From: an uncultured virus (IMG/VR IMGVR_UViG_3300034110_001238)
Taxonomy: Duplodnaviria; Heunggongvirae; Uroviricota; Caudoviricetes
IMG/VR virus record: IMGVR_UViG_3300034110_001238
Strand: one strand, 5' to 3'
Length of the DNA stretch: 64,000 nt
In this document: piece after piece, positions 49,203 to 60,423 of the stretch
Layout: every line of letters begins with the position of its first letter
How positions within the stretch are numbered: the first letter of the stretch is position 1
The notes under the pieces: model-generated
Told to the model about the DNA's origin: nothing
What the model saw: only the letters and a program-made list of their open reading frames with translations
Database searches by the model: none
Made by a program: the position numbers and the translations under genes

Positions 49203-50726
49203 TTACATTTTTTTTCTGTTTAACTGAGAGCTACGAACACTTTCTATGGTCGTATACGTCATTTTAACTTTTTTTACTGGGCGATGGAGTGTGCTGAATA
49301 TAAACGCTTCTCCACAATCCAGTTCTTTTAAAGCCTTTTTATTAAATAGACCTTTCTTATCAACCATATGGTCAAAAATTTTTATTTTTAACGCATCTGG
49401 GTATTCATCATATTCTTTCATTAATACAAACGTTTTTGATTCAATCACACATTTAGGAATCATTAATGATCTATGCCAGTGACCATAAAATTTATAAATA
49501 TAATTAATGGCTTCATGATTGGTTTCTTTGAAAATATAATCAACTAACTGATGTGATGTAGAATAATCTATTTCTTTATAAATAATGTTTTGAATATTTT
49601 GAACACCTTTAAATTTGCGAGCAACATGCTCAATATTCCCCACAATCAAGGCAACCAAATTAGAGCAGTAATCGGGATCTTTCTCTAAACATGGGAACAT
49701 AACATTCAAGAGTTTACGTTGATAAAAAACTTTGTCCATTTTCACTTGTGGGTTAATGGAAAAAACAAAAGGATGATTGAGAATTATATCAACAGTTTTT
49801 CGAGCTTGCATACAATTCATAACATGTTTTTTAATCGCTTTACGCTCATCCAAGTCCACTAACTCAGTGAGGTAACTTTCAATTTGTAACCATGCAGATT
49901 TGAATAAATCATGGGTTAAGAAAAGTTTTAAATTCTCTAAATTTAAAAAGGATTCTAAGTTGTCAAAAGATACTAGTCCATCATTCGATTTAATACATTC
50001 ACATAGGGCATTAATGACTGCACCTATTTTTTGACCAAATAATATCATAAAGAGTTCTTCATCACCGATGATATCGTTAATCGGATCAATGGTATTAGAC
50101 ATATTCTCATCTACACCCATAAAATTTAAGACATAAAAATCCTCATTTCGTTTAGCATGCGTAACGGCAGAATATAACTTCCAGAAGGTTGAATGACCGC
50201 CATCACCATTCAAGATGATGGCTCCTTCTTGGTTATTGACGTAATTATTTAATAATGAAAATATACTTTCATCACTTCCCGATCCTGTAGAACCACTGAT
50301 GTAAAGTGGATATTGATTAATATTCCAAGGCTTTTCAGGAGATGAAAAAAAAGTTTTATCTTGTATTTCTTTAGCTATGACATACGATTGTCTTTCTTTT
50401 TTCTCAAAATATTTAAATTCATCGACTATACGATCAGATGGCACAAATTTAAAAGGCATTTGTTTTGTTAGATCATCAATGTTTTCAAGAACACGTTTGA
50501 TTTCAGCCAATTTTTGATTCTTGTGGAAATTAGTATATTGAGCGTCTTGTGTTTTTAATTCGCGTTCGTATTCAAACCAAGTATTATAGCCCTTTATTTT
50601 GGCAATATATTCTTTGGCTTGACTTAAATTTTTGATGGGAATGGTGGGCATATCACCGGATAGATTTTCTTTGGCTATTTTTAATAGACGTGCAGCGTCT
50701 TTCTTGGCAATGTCAAAATTACTCAT
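49203..50726 (-). CDS. Glyoxalase_8-like N-domain fused to degenerate IcmO/DotL-like coupling-protein domain
   Basis: AKKDAARL...IAKIKGYNTW; GSTGSGSDE, VLNFM, SNTIDP, PCLEKDPD. Confidence 0.65.
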   Translation of the reverse strand: MSNFDIAKKDAARLLKIAKENLSGDMPTIPIKNLSQAKEYIAKIKGYNTWFEYERELKTQDAQYTNFHKNQKLAEIKRVLENIDDLTKQMPFKFVPSDRIVDEFKYFEKKERQSYVIAKEIQDKTFFSSPEKPWNINQYPLYISGSTGSGSDESIFSLLNNYVNNQEGAIILNGDGGHSTFWKLYSAVTHAKRNEDFYVLNFMGVDENMSNTIDPINDIIGDEELFMILFGQKIGAVINALCECIKSNDGLVSFDNLESFLNLENLKLFLTHDLFKSAWLQIESYLTELVDLDERKAIKKHVMNCMQARKTVDIILNHPFVFSINPQVKMDKVFYQRKLLNVMFPCLEKDPDYCSNLVALIVGNIEHVARKFKGVQNIQNIIYKEIDYSTSHQLVDYIFKETNHEAINYIYKFYGHWHRSLMIPKCVIESKTFVLMKEYDEYPDALKIKIFDHMVDKKGLFNKKALKELDCGEAFIFSTLHRPVKKVKMTYTTIESVRSSQLNRKKM

Positions 50727-51041
50727 TTTAGTCTCCTTTAACTATAAGCACTTAGTTAATTAATTTACTGTTGATTGTTTTGTAACACTTATCTAAAAGA
50801 TTTCGCCAGTGTGCTTGGCAAGGCAGTTAATGTCCTATAACAACAGTAAAACATATTTTTTCTATTAAACAAATGAGAAATCCACTCTTCATTTTATTGA
50901 CTTATAAAAAGCAAGACAAAATTAAAAAAAATAGAAAATAATTTTTAAGATTACAAAAATGTCACTCGTCGTTTATTTAATAGACAAATTGCTTTAATAT
51001 TATAATTTTAGTATAATAGTATTATCACATAGGAGTTACAT

Positions 51042-51713
51042 TTGATGCAAAAATTAGTAAAATCTGCTGCCATTGCTTTTTCGTTATCATTGCTGACTGG
51101 TTGCAATGGTTTTGTAAAGGTTTCATCCTCAAATGAAGCTCTTGGCTACAAACCTATATATTCTGGATTTCCACTACCTTATATGTTTGCTGCTTCATCA
51201 GTCCAGTGGAATGAAGACTATGCAGTCTCTGCAGCACATACACCTTTTTTAAGTAATGTAGTATATAGATGTAGTACAGGTTGTGATCTTGTATTCATCA
51301 AAGCCAAAGCTACTGGTAAAATCCCTGAGTGGAGACATTCTATAATTGATGAACAAGTTACATCATATGGAAATACATCTCTCTATGTAACAGCAAAATC
51401 AGAAGGCCATGTCATGAAAACAAGATTCATTCAAGAAATAGAGAATGAAAATAATAAAATAAGAAAAGAATTTTACAAAATTACGAGCAATTCAACAGTA
51501 AAAGGCATGTCCGGTGGCCCAGTTTATGCTAACGATGGTAAAGTGGTTGGAATAACATTAGGATTTGTCATGAAAACATTAATGACAGAAGAAAAACTCA
51601 ATAAAACGCCAGAACTTAAGAAGCACGATCAACTTTCTTATATCATGCAAACTGAAATTATTGAAAGGGAATGGAAAATATTCCAAGAACAGGAAAAAAA
51701 CAAAAAAATATAA
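51042..51713 (+). CDS. trypsin-like serine protease lipoprotein
   Basis: Lipobox LLTGC; SAAH, CDL, GMSGGP. Confidence 0.85.
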   Translation: MMQKLVKSAAIAFSLSLLTGCNGFVKVSSSNEALGYKPIYSGFPLPYMFAASSVQWNEDYAVSAAHTPFLSNVVYRCSTGCDLVFIKAKATGKIPEWRHSIIDEQVTSYGNTSLYVTAKSEGHVMKTRFIQEIENENNKIRKEFYKITSNSTVKGMSGGPVYANDGKVVGITLGFVMKTLMTEEKLNKTPELKKHDQLSYIMQTEIIEREWKIFQEQEKNKKI

Positions 51714-51761
51714 AAAAGAGCCATAAGGCTCTTTTTTATTACAATCTTAATCTATGGATAC

Positions 51762-52961
51762 TTATTCATTGCTTTCCAATAGATTGTTCATCTCAATAGA
51801 ATATTGATTTTCCATTAAACTAATAAGTGTTTCTTCATAATGAATACCTAAATATGTTTCCTCACAAATCAACTGTAAAAACTCTATTTGTTCACTTATA
51901 TTATCAACTTTATGATAATTATTAAAACGATGCATTCTAAAATCGAATCTCAAAGTGACATCGTTTAATAAAGAAAGCATTTCTTCTTCGCTTTTATTAG
52001 GAATATTGCAATAAATAGAATTAAGTCTATTATCAAACATAGCAACTTTGAAAGAGACAGTGTATTCAGACAAACTCTCACCTTTAGTTAATGGGAACAC
52101 TTTGCCGGGATTTGCCAATGCAATATGATTACCCAATGAGGAAGTATAAAGATCAAAGGGAATCATAGAATCAGCATTATCTAAAGAATCAGAAATAGAC
52201 TTCTTTCTTTCCGTCAATGTCCGAATTTTATCATGACTATCACGACCATAACGTATATATTCAGAAGTGGGCTGATAGAACTCTGCTATTTTTTGAAACA
52301 GTCTAGTGAGTGAATCATCCTTATAGTCCTTATTCTTTCTTTCTGTTCTTGTTGTCTTGGTTAATGTGTATACATCTCTTAAAAACAATGGCAGATGTAA
52401 AATGCTAGCAAAGAGGTCTTCTTCGGTAATGTCTTTATATTTAAAGTCAACATAATCATCTTCTGTTAATTTACCTTCTTTGTTAAGATTATAAATTCTC
52501 ATGACCTTAAAGCCATCTGGAATAGATTTAACCGTTACATTGACTTCTGGCTGGTCGTTGTCTTCTTCTTTTGTATAGTTAACCTTACCATTAACCAACT
52601 GAGCTGTAACATCAGGTTCTCCCTCACCCCAATAACTTAGCAAATCATTAGGTGCTTTGTGAGGTAAAACATGATGATGAGTAAAAGAAAGGAAACATAA
52701 TAACAAGCTTGTTGTTTCAATGGTTGGTGCGTCTTCATGTTTTTCGAGCAGTTGTTCAAAGTTACTTGCCCATTCAGTGAGGCCAACGGTCCCGTGACTG
52801 TCAGCAGTAATTTTTTCTTTAAACAAATCGAGAGCGTTTCCCCAGTTTAAGGACAGATTTTTCATGTATTGTATGATTTCATCTGGAAAACCATCCCATC
52901 GAGTATGGTGTTCAATATAATCATGTTCATTAGCAATTCTTGTTGTAGCTGGCGTCCCCAT
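51762..52961 (-). CDS. hypothetical protein
   Basis: MGTPA...RWDGFP N-terminus resembles the 44279 protein. Confidence 0.75.
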   Translation of the reverse strand: MGTPATTRIANEHDYIEHHTRWDGFPDEIIQYMKNLSLNWGNALDLFKEKITADSHGTVGLTEWASNFEQLLEKHEDAPTIETTSLLLCFLSFTHHHVLPHKAPNDLLSYWGEGEPDVTAQLVNGKVNYTKEEDNDQPEVNVTVKSIPDGFKVMRIYNLNKEGKLTEDDYVDFKYKDITEEDLFASILHLPLFLRDVYTLTKTTRTERKNKDYKDDSLTRLFQKIAEFYQPTSEYIRYGRDSHDKIRTLTERKKSISDSLDNADSMIPFDLYTSSLGNHIALANPGKVFPLTKGESLSEYTVSFKVAMFDNRLNSIYCNIPNKSEEEMLSLLNDVTLRFDFRMHRFNNYHKVDNISEQIEFLQLICEETYLGIHYEETLISLMENQYSIEMNNLLESNE

Positions 52962-53124
52962 AGGCTCATCTCCTAAAATAGATTAGATTATAACAAAAAT
53001 AAAAATTCAGTGCAATATAAATATATAATATTTTTAATATTGCTTTTTTTAAAGCAATATTTCGTATTTACAAGACCAGTTTACATGATAAGTTATATTA
53101 TAATACAACAATTATAAAAAGAAT

Positions 53125-53496
53125 ATGAAAAAAATAATGATAATAATTGCATCGCTGTTAGTCTCAACGAGCTTTGCAGAGTACAACGTAGTGATAGGTA
53201 AAGGTATGCCTACTGAGTCTATTAAGTTTGTAGACAAAACACCACCAATTCCTGAATTACCTCCTGAACCACCTAAACCAACCTGTCAATATGAATACCC
53301 TAGTAATTACTGGTTAAATGGTCGAAACACTGCCTACAGTATTGTTCATGTTGTTGATAACAATGTACTAGTATATAACGGTCAAGATATTTACAATACG
53401 ACTCATGTCATTGGTAATATAAAATACACTCGTGGAGACTTTATTGGTAACTTTGGTGATTATGCTCGTTACCATATTTGTAAAGTGAGTATTTAA
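53125..53496 (+). CDS. secreted protein (ADY-type family, Pro-rich linker)
   Basis: SFA-EY; C-terminal GNIKYTRG...YHIC. Confidence 0.75.
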   Translation: MKKIMIIIASLLVSTSFAEYNVVIGKGMPTESIKFVDKTPPIPELPPEPPKPTCQYEYPSNYWLNGRNTAYSIVHVVDNNVLVYNGQDIYNTTHVIGNIKYTRGDFIGNFGDYARYHICKVSI

Positions 53497-53556
53497 GATA
53501 TTGTATAATAAAAAACTCGATTAATTCGAGCTTTTTGTTAACTTGATACAAAAAAA

Positions 53557-54282
53557 TCAGTATCGACTTATTTCATTGAAAGAACGAGAACTTGGCAATG
53601 TCCAGAAACGAACTGTCAACTCACTCAAGTAAGGCACAATACGATGATTAGGTTTTTCACCATCATAAACATTGTCCAAGACAAATTCAAGACTACCAAC
53701 CTCAGTGCCAACAGATTTCTCAATACAATCTTGAATCAAACTTAAATTGCTGTTTGTATAAGCCACGACAAAACCATCATCTTTGCGATTTAAAACTTCA
53801 AAGTTATTCATAAAACGATTATGTTCATCCAGTTTCTTTTTAGCATATGCTTGAAATTCGGCCTCAGATCGATAATTAGAACGACTACCTTCTTTGGCAG
53901 TAGAACTCATAATACGAACTTTTATTTCCAAATTGGGTGACATACCAACATCAACAAGAGCATAAAGACCTAAACCTGAAAGAGAGTTTTTAACTTTTTC
54001 TGAAATTTGTTTAATGAAAATAGACACTTTATCATAACTAATATCTGAACTGTCTTGTTGTTCTTGAAGCTCACGGATACGCTCATTCAGTGTGCGAATC
54101 CTTTCAATTTCAGTAAATTGAACACCCAAATCCATTAGCAATGATCTTGACATGTTATGATTGTCTTGTAACAGATGAATAAGATCCTCATCCGATTTAG
54201 TCGCTTTGCTTTGAAGGATATGTAAAAAAGTATTGTAGTTGTGAATATATCGTTGGATAGATTCTTCTTGAAATTGATCCAT
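53557..54282 (-). CDS. hypothetical protein
   Basis: AGGAG RBS; translationally coupled to the upstream ORF. Confidence 0.75.
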   Translation of the reverse strand: MDQFQEESIQRYIHNYNTFLHILQSKATKSDEDLIHLLQDNHNMSRSLLMDLGVQFTEIERIRTLNERIRELQEQQDSSDISYDKVSIFIKQISEKVKNSLSGLGLYALVDVGMSPNLEIKVRIMSSTAKEGSRSNYRSEAEFQAYAKKKLDEHNRFMNNFEVLNRKDDGFVVAYTNSNLSLIQDCIEKSVGTEVGSLEFVLDNVYDGEKPNHRIVPYLSELTVRFWTLPSSRSFNEISRY

Positions 54283-54914
54283 TATGTTAACTCCTGATGA
54301 AATGATGTTTTGACAGTAAAGAAAGTCTCGCCATGATGATTGTTCTTTAAACGATAACGAAAACGATGTTTACCTAATTTCTCAATAAAGAAATCCTGAT
54401 CTTCGGTAACATGAAAAGAGAATTCAAAACTAACAGCCAGTCGATTATCAGCCACTGTAACTTTTGAAATTTGAACTGATTCGGCTCTACGAAGGTGTCT
54501 ACTTTTCTTATCGGGTATTTGAAGCTCATTAAAAATAAAGTGTTGTCGGTCTTTAATAAAATCAATAATACGTTGATCGGTTATTTGATAACAAAAGGAA
54601 ATAGGAATGTCCCTAATCAAGCCATCAATAGACTTATAAGAGTCCAGAAATACATCACAATCGGTTACATATCCATCAACCCCTTCAGCAATAGCGATTT
54701 CTTTAACAAATTGACTATTATCACTGTTGTTTTCATCTTGAAAAATTTGAGCAATCAATTCGACAGCTTCTGGGGAAGTCACAATAGCTTCATCTCTAAT
54801 CTCAAACTTAGAATAAAAGTGTGTTTTGAAATAATCCCCAACCATTTCATATTCAACCATGCATAGGCTAGGGACAGATGTAGTAACATTAATTCTCAAT
54901 GGGCACCTCGACAT
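54282..54914 (-). CDS. hypothetical protein
   Basis: 210-aa ORF. Confidence 0.7.
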   Translation of the reverse strand: MSRCPLRINVTTSVPSLCMVEYEMVGDYFKTHFYSKFEIRDEAIVTSPEAVELIAQIFQDENNSDNSQFVKEIAIAEGVDGYVTDCDVFLDSYKSIDGLIRDIPISFCYQITDQRIIDFIKDRQHFIFNELQIPDKKSRHLRRAESVQISKVTVADNRLAVSFEFSFHVTEDQDFFIEKLGKHRFRYRLKNNHHGETFFTVKTSFHQELT

Positions 54915-54954
54915 TTAATGCTAAGATTATAGCAATTATAGCCTAAACAGTCAA

Positions 54955-55965
54955 CTATTTTAAATACGTCTCATAATACTGAATGATAGCTAAATTCTTA
55001 GCTTTCACTTCAAACATAATATCGAAATAAGGCATGAATTCTTTCACATAAAGATTGCTCCAATCATTCCACATATAGTCACTGTGAGCATATAAGTCTT
55101 TTTTGTTATAATGTTTTATGAGTTCAGGTATTTCAAGTTTTTGTTTGTCATTGAAATGATCAAGTACAAACTCTCTGGATTGAGAATAATGCATAGTAGG
55201 TCTAACACCTCTCCAACTCTCTAAAACACGTTGTATGCGGTCATCTGTTAACGCTATATAATCACCTTCATGTATCCAACAATGATGCACATCCAGCACT
55301 ACCGGAGCATAGGCAGCTAATTGAAGACAATCATCTAAACCATATTTCTTTTCTTCGTTTTCGAAAGTGATGCAATTGCGTGCTTCTTGGCTAAGATGCG
55401 GCAATACAGCAATAGTCCCAGCAACACCATTCGTACCAGCAATATGAATATTGCATTTAAAATCTTGGAAAGATTGACCATAACCCATCATACGAATCAT
55501 ATCCACATGATATTCGAACTCAGCAATGCTTTTTTCAACAACATCGGGTCTATCAGAAGCTAACACACAAAATTGACCCGGATGCATAGACAACCTGATG
55601 TTATGTTGTCTGGCGAACTCTCCTATTTGAGCAAAACCTTTTTCCAAGATGTCTTTAACGTCATTTCGCTTGTAGAAGTGCCCCCATGCATGATGAGAAT
55701 AGAGTGGGAGTAGATCGCTGCTTAAACGAACCATACGAAGCTGCTCAGGAAGTGTAGTGACATACTCAAGTAGTTTTAGTTGAGAGGCAAGGTTGTGTTC
55801 GACAACCATGAACAGTTTAGCATAGGAGTCACTGATATCCACACTCGATAGCCATTTAGCTGTTGTTGTTTTCGTATTATACTGACGTTCTACTGTTTCA
55901 AGGTCTTTAGCTGATAGCGTCCTGTCAGCATGCATATATTTACAAGCGAAGCCTATTTTATTCAT
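54955..55965 (-). CDS. uvsE: UV damage endonuclease
   Basis: IGFACK, RLSSDLLP, RLSMHPGQF, FENEE, LDVHH, HSD, EVKAK. Confidence 0.93.
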   Translation of the reverse strand: MNKIGFACKYMHADRTLSAKDLETVERQYNTKTTTAKWLSSVDISDSYAKLFMVVEHNLASQLKLLEYVTTLPEQLRMVRLSSDLLPLYSHHAWGHFYKRNDVKDILEKGFAQIGEFARQHNIRLSMHPGQFCVLASDRPDVVEKSIAEFEYHVDMIRMMGYGQSFQDFKCNIHIAGTNGVAGTIAVLPHLSQEARNCITFENEEKKYGLDDCLQLAAYAPVVLDVHHCWIHEGDYIALTDDRIQRVLESWRGVRPTMHYSQSREFVLDHFNDKQKLEIPELIKHYNKKDLYAHSDYMWNDWSNLYVKEFMPYFDIMFEVKAKNLAIIQYYETYLK

Positions 55966-56040
55966 AATTGATATCCTTTAATTAAAAATCATATTACCAC
56001 AAAAAGGATAGTTAGCAAAAAACCTCTTTCGAGGCTTTTG

Positions 56041-56415
56041 TTAGAACTTCATCATTTCAACAAGAAGGAAATCATCATCTGTAATCTCCTGTTCTAAAAA
56101 CCGACCTTGCTCAGTCATAATGTCATTGACATCATTAATCATTTTAAGAAAGCCTCTTTCAATGTGTGGCGTTGGGTATTTGTTTCGCGTTACTTTAAAG
56201 GAATACGGAGATTCTTTTAATGCTTTTTTCAATGCTATATTAGTGAGCTTACTCAAAGGCATTCTATTTTGAATATTGGTTCTCTTAATTTCAAAACGAT
56301 AAGTTGGATTCTTGGATAGAACATAATCGGCTGTTCTTTTTACAAGATAAGCATAATAAACAGTTTCCATTTCTGCTAACATTTTCTTGGTTATTTTTAC
56401 AGGTTTAGTAGTCAT
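56041..56415 (-). CDS. hypothetical protein (C-terminal Mxx-hydrophobic motif)
   Basis: Ends LVEMMKF. Confidence 0.7.
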   Translation of the reverse strand: MTTKPVKITKKMLAEMETVYYAYLVKRTADYVLSKNPTYRFEIKRTNIQNRMPLSKLTNIALKKALKESPYSFKVTRNKYPTPHIERGFLKMINDVNDIMTEQGRFLEQEITDDDFLLVEMMKF

Positions 56416-56693
56416 AATTTCCTCTCTTTCTTTATAAATATTTTACCAAAAATAAGGGTAAAAGTCAAATTTTTAGGATGTTTTACAATAGTTTAAATCA
56501 TTGATTTAAAAGGATTTTCTAAAATATTTTTGATTATTTTTTCAAATTATTTTAATACGATTTAAAGATGACTTTTTTGTCGAAAATATGTTTTTTAATC
56601 AACCTATCCATATTAAATTTATTGATGAGTGACATTGATTATTGTTTTAATTGCTATAGATTAATAGATAATATTGATTTTTGAGGATAAAAT

Positions 56694-57467
56694 ATGGATA
56701 ATAGAGAATTATTAGAAGATGCATTAGATAAACATTTCCCTGATTCTGATATCTCTATTTTTGAAGCGGCATACATGAAAAATGGATTTCAAGTAGGCAT
56801 AGAACAAAAAGGTCTTAAATTTTCTTTTTTCGTTAAGAACAATTTTATAGAAGCTTTGCAGTCTAAATATAATGATTTTGAAGACACCAAGAAAGCAACT
56901 AACATTATATTGCCTGACAATAACAAAATGTCATTGATCAATAATTTCATGAAGTCTTTTTATGAAGGTGGCTATTTTAGAAAAATAATGAAACCTTTTT
57001 TATATTTTGATCAAGAAAAGATGTATGAAATATCAGGATATAAAGAAAGTTTGAAACTTATACACAATTTATCAAATTCATCGACATCAATTTGTAAAAT
57101 TGACAATCAAAAATATTTATTTTATCTTAATTACCAATTCAAAATGACAAAAAAAAGAGAAATTATAGCCGTTCCTGTGTTATCTTTCTTTACTGGTAAA
57201 GATATAGACTTTCAATTTGATATAGCATTTAACATTGAAAAACAGTCTACTTATTTTGTTAAATCATATCCTATATATTATGAAGATTTCTTTGAAGAAA
57301 ATGATATTTTTGATTTTGATAAAGATTTAGATATTATATTTAGAAATTTTATTGACAAAAATGTTATGAAAAATATCGACCCAACAAATGAATTAGGTCG
57401 GCAGTTGGCATCTTTGGGCGACGATATAGATGAAAAATTAAAATTACTCTTAATGTATTCAATCTAA
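56694..57467 (+). CDS. hypothetical protein (C-terminal MxxI motif)
   Basis: Ends LLLMYSI. Confidence 0.75.
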   Translation: MDNRELLEDALDKHFPDSDISIFEAAYMKNGFQVGIEQKGLKFSFFVKNNFIEALQSKYNDFEDTKKATNIILPDNNKMSLINNFMKSFYEGGYFRKIMKPFLYFDQEKMYEISGYKESLKLIHNLSNSSTSICKIDNQKYLFYLNYQFKMTKKREIIAVPVLSFFTGKDIDFQFDIAFNIEKQSTYFVKSYPIYYEDFFEENDIFDFDKDLDIIFRNFIDKNVMKNIDPTNELGRQLASLGDDIDEKLKLLLMYSI

Positions 57468-57480
57468 TGAGAGTTAATAA

Positions 57481-58725
57481 TCAACAATTCATATAATTTG
57501 TGATTTCATAGAGATGATAATGTTCGGTCTTTAAATCATTGACAGATGTATCTAATTTATCAGCAATTTCTTGTTTAAAAGAATCTTTCATCAATTTGAA
57601 AAAATCTTCTGGTTCTTCATTGCTGTATTTCTTTGGCAGATCTAATGAGTGTTCTTTTCCTTGAAAAAAGTTTAACAATATTGCTGAGTTTTCAAAATCA
57701 CCTATATCTATGGATACATCACCAATTTCACCACTCGCTGGGTCGAGATTGTCTGCAAATATAGATAAGTTATAGATATCTGAATACTTTAATTTGTATT
57801 TAGATGGATATCTAAAAGTCAACCGATAGACTAACTTTTTACCTTTAGAAAGCTGTTGTCTAAAATGACTAAAACTAACCACTTGTCGAATAAAAAAAGC
57901 ATCCTTTTCATTTAAAATGGTATCAGTTAACATTAAAATATTATTATGGTCATAGGTCTTATAACATTGATTGCCACTCTGCTCATTTGTAATTAATTTT
58001 TCTTTGAAATTAAACTCATTACAAAGACTTCCAATGTTTTTAATATTCAATTGTGTAGTAGTGCTTTGAACTCCATCAAATACTGACATTTTGCTACGTT
58101 TTAATATGTAGTCTGTTGTCACATTAGAGCGTCCAATGACTCTTGCAATCTCTTGAATTTTATTGCGATGGCAATTGTTTATAAATTTATCAAAAAGCGT
58201 ATCAAAATGCTCGAAATCAATCAGAGCTATTTTAAAATAATAACCATATATTTCAAAAGAAATAATGTTACTGTCTATTTTAAAAACAATAGAAATAGGA
58301 CTGTCACTCTCAATGTCATACGCTGTAAGTTTTACATACCCATTTTCGTTTCTAATTTCTACAGATACTGCATTTTTATTTTTATCAGACGAACCATAAT
58401 TAAGATCATAATAAAAATTAACTGCAGCGATATATTGACGACAATTATTGATTTTTTTACCAAGAATGAACTCAATTAAATCAATAACACTGTGAACTGA
58501 TTGGTTAGTGAAGTCATAAAAGAAACAGTTTCTGTCTTTATGCATATCATCAAAGCAAAGACCTGTTGTATAGTTGTTCTCTTTATACTCATCTCTTGGA
58601 TAAATAGGCAAGTTAACACTGTCACAAAACTGTCGAACTTTATGATCAATATAAGGAACCATCTCGACACCCGTAAATGTGCCAGATAGTTCAGTAATAT
58701 TAGTGTTGAAAAGTGCAGGGGTCAT
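57481..58725 (-). CDS. hypothetical protein
   Basis: 414-aa ORF; C-terminus resembles 34662/37466. Confidence 0.75.
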   Translation of the reverse strand: MTPALFNTNITELSGTFTGVEMVPYIDHKVRQFCDSVNLPIYPRDEYKENNYTTGLCFDDMHKDRNCFFYDFTNQSVHSVIDLIEFILGKKINNCRQYIAAVNFYYDLNYGSSDKNKNAVSVEIRNENGYVKLTAYDIESDSPISIVFKIDSNIISFEIYGYYFKIALIDFEHFDTLFDKFINNCHRNKIQEIARVIGRSNVTTDYILKRSKMSVFDGVQSTTTQLNIKNIGSLCNEFNFKEKLITNEQSGNQCYKTYDHNNILMLTDTILNEKDAFFIRQVVSFSHFRQQLSKGKKLVYRLTFRYPSKYKLKYSDIYNLSIFADNLDPASGEIGDVSIDIGDFENSAILLNFFQGKEHSLDLPKKYSNEEPEDFFKLMKDSFKQEIADKLDTSVNDLKTEHYHLYEITNYMNC

Positions 58726-58826
58726 GATTTATCCTATCTACATTAAGAATGATAAGTATATCAAAAACAATAAATTTAAGCAACAAAAAAACTCATTAAA
58801 GAGTTTTATTTATAGCATGTTTGCCA

Positions 58827-59432
58827 TTAAAGTCTAAAAAAAGATCCTACTAAAATAACAGCAATCACCATCAATACAGAAACTAGAAACAAATTATGGG
58901 ATACTTTTATAACCTCTTTTTCATTTTCAATTACGGCTAACTCAGCTTCTAGATTTTGACGAACGGTCTTTACATCGTTATGAAATTTTTCATTAAATTT
59001 ATCGACAAAGTTTTCTGCAGAAAATCTTTCATTATAATATAAGCCTATTTCGCCTTTGACATCATAATGACCATCGGCTTCATTCTCTATATATTGAAGG
59101 TTTTTAACAAAGTTACATGAAGATTTTTGAAAGAACTCATCAAAGCCAAGCTCAGCTTCCTTTTGACTTAGACAGCCTACAATATGAAAAGGTGTTGAAA
59201 AGAAAATTAAGCCATCAATCTCATTCGTTTCAGTAATAATGCTCGTGCTGGGTAATGAATTATACTTGTATGTTTGATAGATCGTTTTTTTATCAAGAGA
59301 ATAAGCGATGTATTCAGTAACCTTAAAGCCAGATTCTGGAAGCTTACCCACAACTTCGATTTCTTTAGTTTTAATATTTTCTACAAAATAATTATCAATA
59401 TCTTCCCTCACTATCATTCCTATGTTCTGCAT
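58827..59432 (-). CDS. hypothetical protein with C-terminal TM anchor
   Basis: LFLVSVLMVIAVILVG. Confidence 0.7.
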   Translation of the reverse strand: MQNIGMIVREDIDNYFVENIKTKEIEVVGKLPESGFKVTEYIAYSLDKKTIYQTYKYNSLPSTSIITETNEIDGLIFFSTPFHIVGCLSQKEAELGFDEFFQKSSCNFVKNLQYIENEADGHYDVKGEIGLYYNERFSAENFVDKFNEKFHNDVKTVRQNLEAELAVIENEKEVIKVSHNLFLVSVLMVIAVILVGSFFRL

Positions 59433-59516
59433 AAATTTCTCCTGTCCTTATTTTTAATATTATTATCTGTAAATTTAAAATAACAAGCACCATTCAGGAA
59501 ATAGTTTATATCAATA

Positions 59517-60407
59517 TTATTTATGGATCTTGGCTTGAAGTCCACCTGTGTGGCATAATACAATCGTCTTGTTTTTAAAGTAACCTTTTCGAACCATATC
59601 GAAAAAAGCATAGAACATTTTCGAACTATACACTTCTTCTAATTCAATACCAAATTCCTGTTCAAAAGTATTCATAAAACTAATCAATTCTGGTGTATGC
59701 TTAGCATATCCTCCAAAATGATAATCATTATTAATAACATACTGCTTAACAGATGAAAAATCGTCTAATATTTTTAATAATTCAGGCTCAGTTCCTTTTA
59801 AAACATTAATTCCGTAAACAGTTTCATTATGCAAAAGATTCGCATTAATACCAGAAATAGTGCCGCCAGAGCCACAAGGAACAAAAATAGAATCAAATTG
59901 AATTTCACCTCTAATTTCAGTGAGCATTTCTTTAAAACCATTGACAGCAAATAAAGTAGTTCCGCCTTCTGGAACTACATAGCCAGCATACTTAACAGCC
60001 AGTTCATTATTATAGTACTCATCATAGCGTTTTTTATATTCATCACGGCTGACAAATACAAGTTCCATGCCATTTTCTTGTGCAAACATAAGCGTTTTAT
60101 TCAAGGCTTTGCCAGCCAATTCTTCGCCACGAATAATACCAATAGATTTAAGACCAAGCTGATTACATGCATAAGAGAATGCATGAATATGATTAGAGTA
60201 AGCTCCACCAAACGTAACAGCCGTTTTATAGCCATTATTGATAATGTGTTGAAGCAAGTAAAAACACTTACGCCATTTATTACCTGAAATGTAAGGATGG
60301 ATAAGATCATCTCTTTTGACATAAACATTAAGATTATGTTCTTTAAAAAGTGGTGATGTTAATAGTTGCAATGGGCTATGTGAATTCAAAAAAAACTCCC
60401 TAATCAT
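59517..60407 (-). CDS. ACC deaminase / D-cysteine desulfhydrase family PLP enzyme
   Basis: KRDD...SGNKWRK, GGAYSNH, PEGG, GSGGT, HTGGLQ. Confidence 0.9.
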   Translation of the reverse strand: MIREFFLNSHSPLQLLTSPLFKEHNLNVYVKRDDLIHPYISGNKWRKCFYLLQHIINNGYKTAVTFGGAYSNHIHAFSYACNQLGLKSIGIIRGEELAGKALNKTLMFAQENGMELVFVSRDEYKKRYDEYYNNELAVKYAGYVVPEGGTTLFAVNGFKEMLTEIRGEIQFDSIFVPCGSGGTISGINANLLHNETVYGINVLKGTEPELLKILDDFSSVKQYVINNDYHFGGYAKHTPELISFMNTFEQEFGIELEEVYSSKMFYAFFDMVRKGYFKNKTIVLCHTGGLQAKIHK

Positions 60408-60423
60408 TTAGAGAGTTATTATA

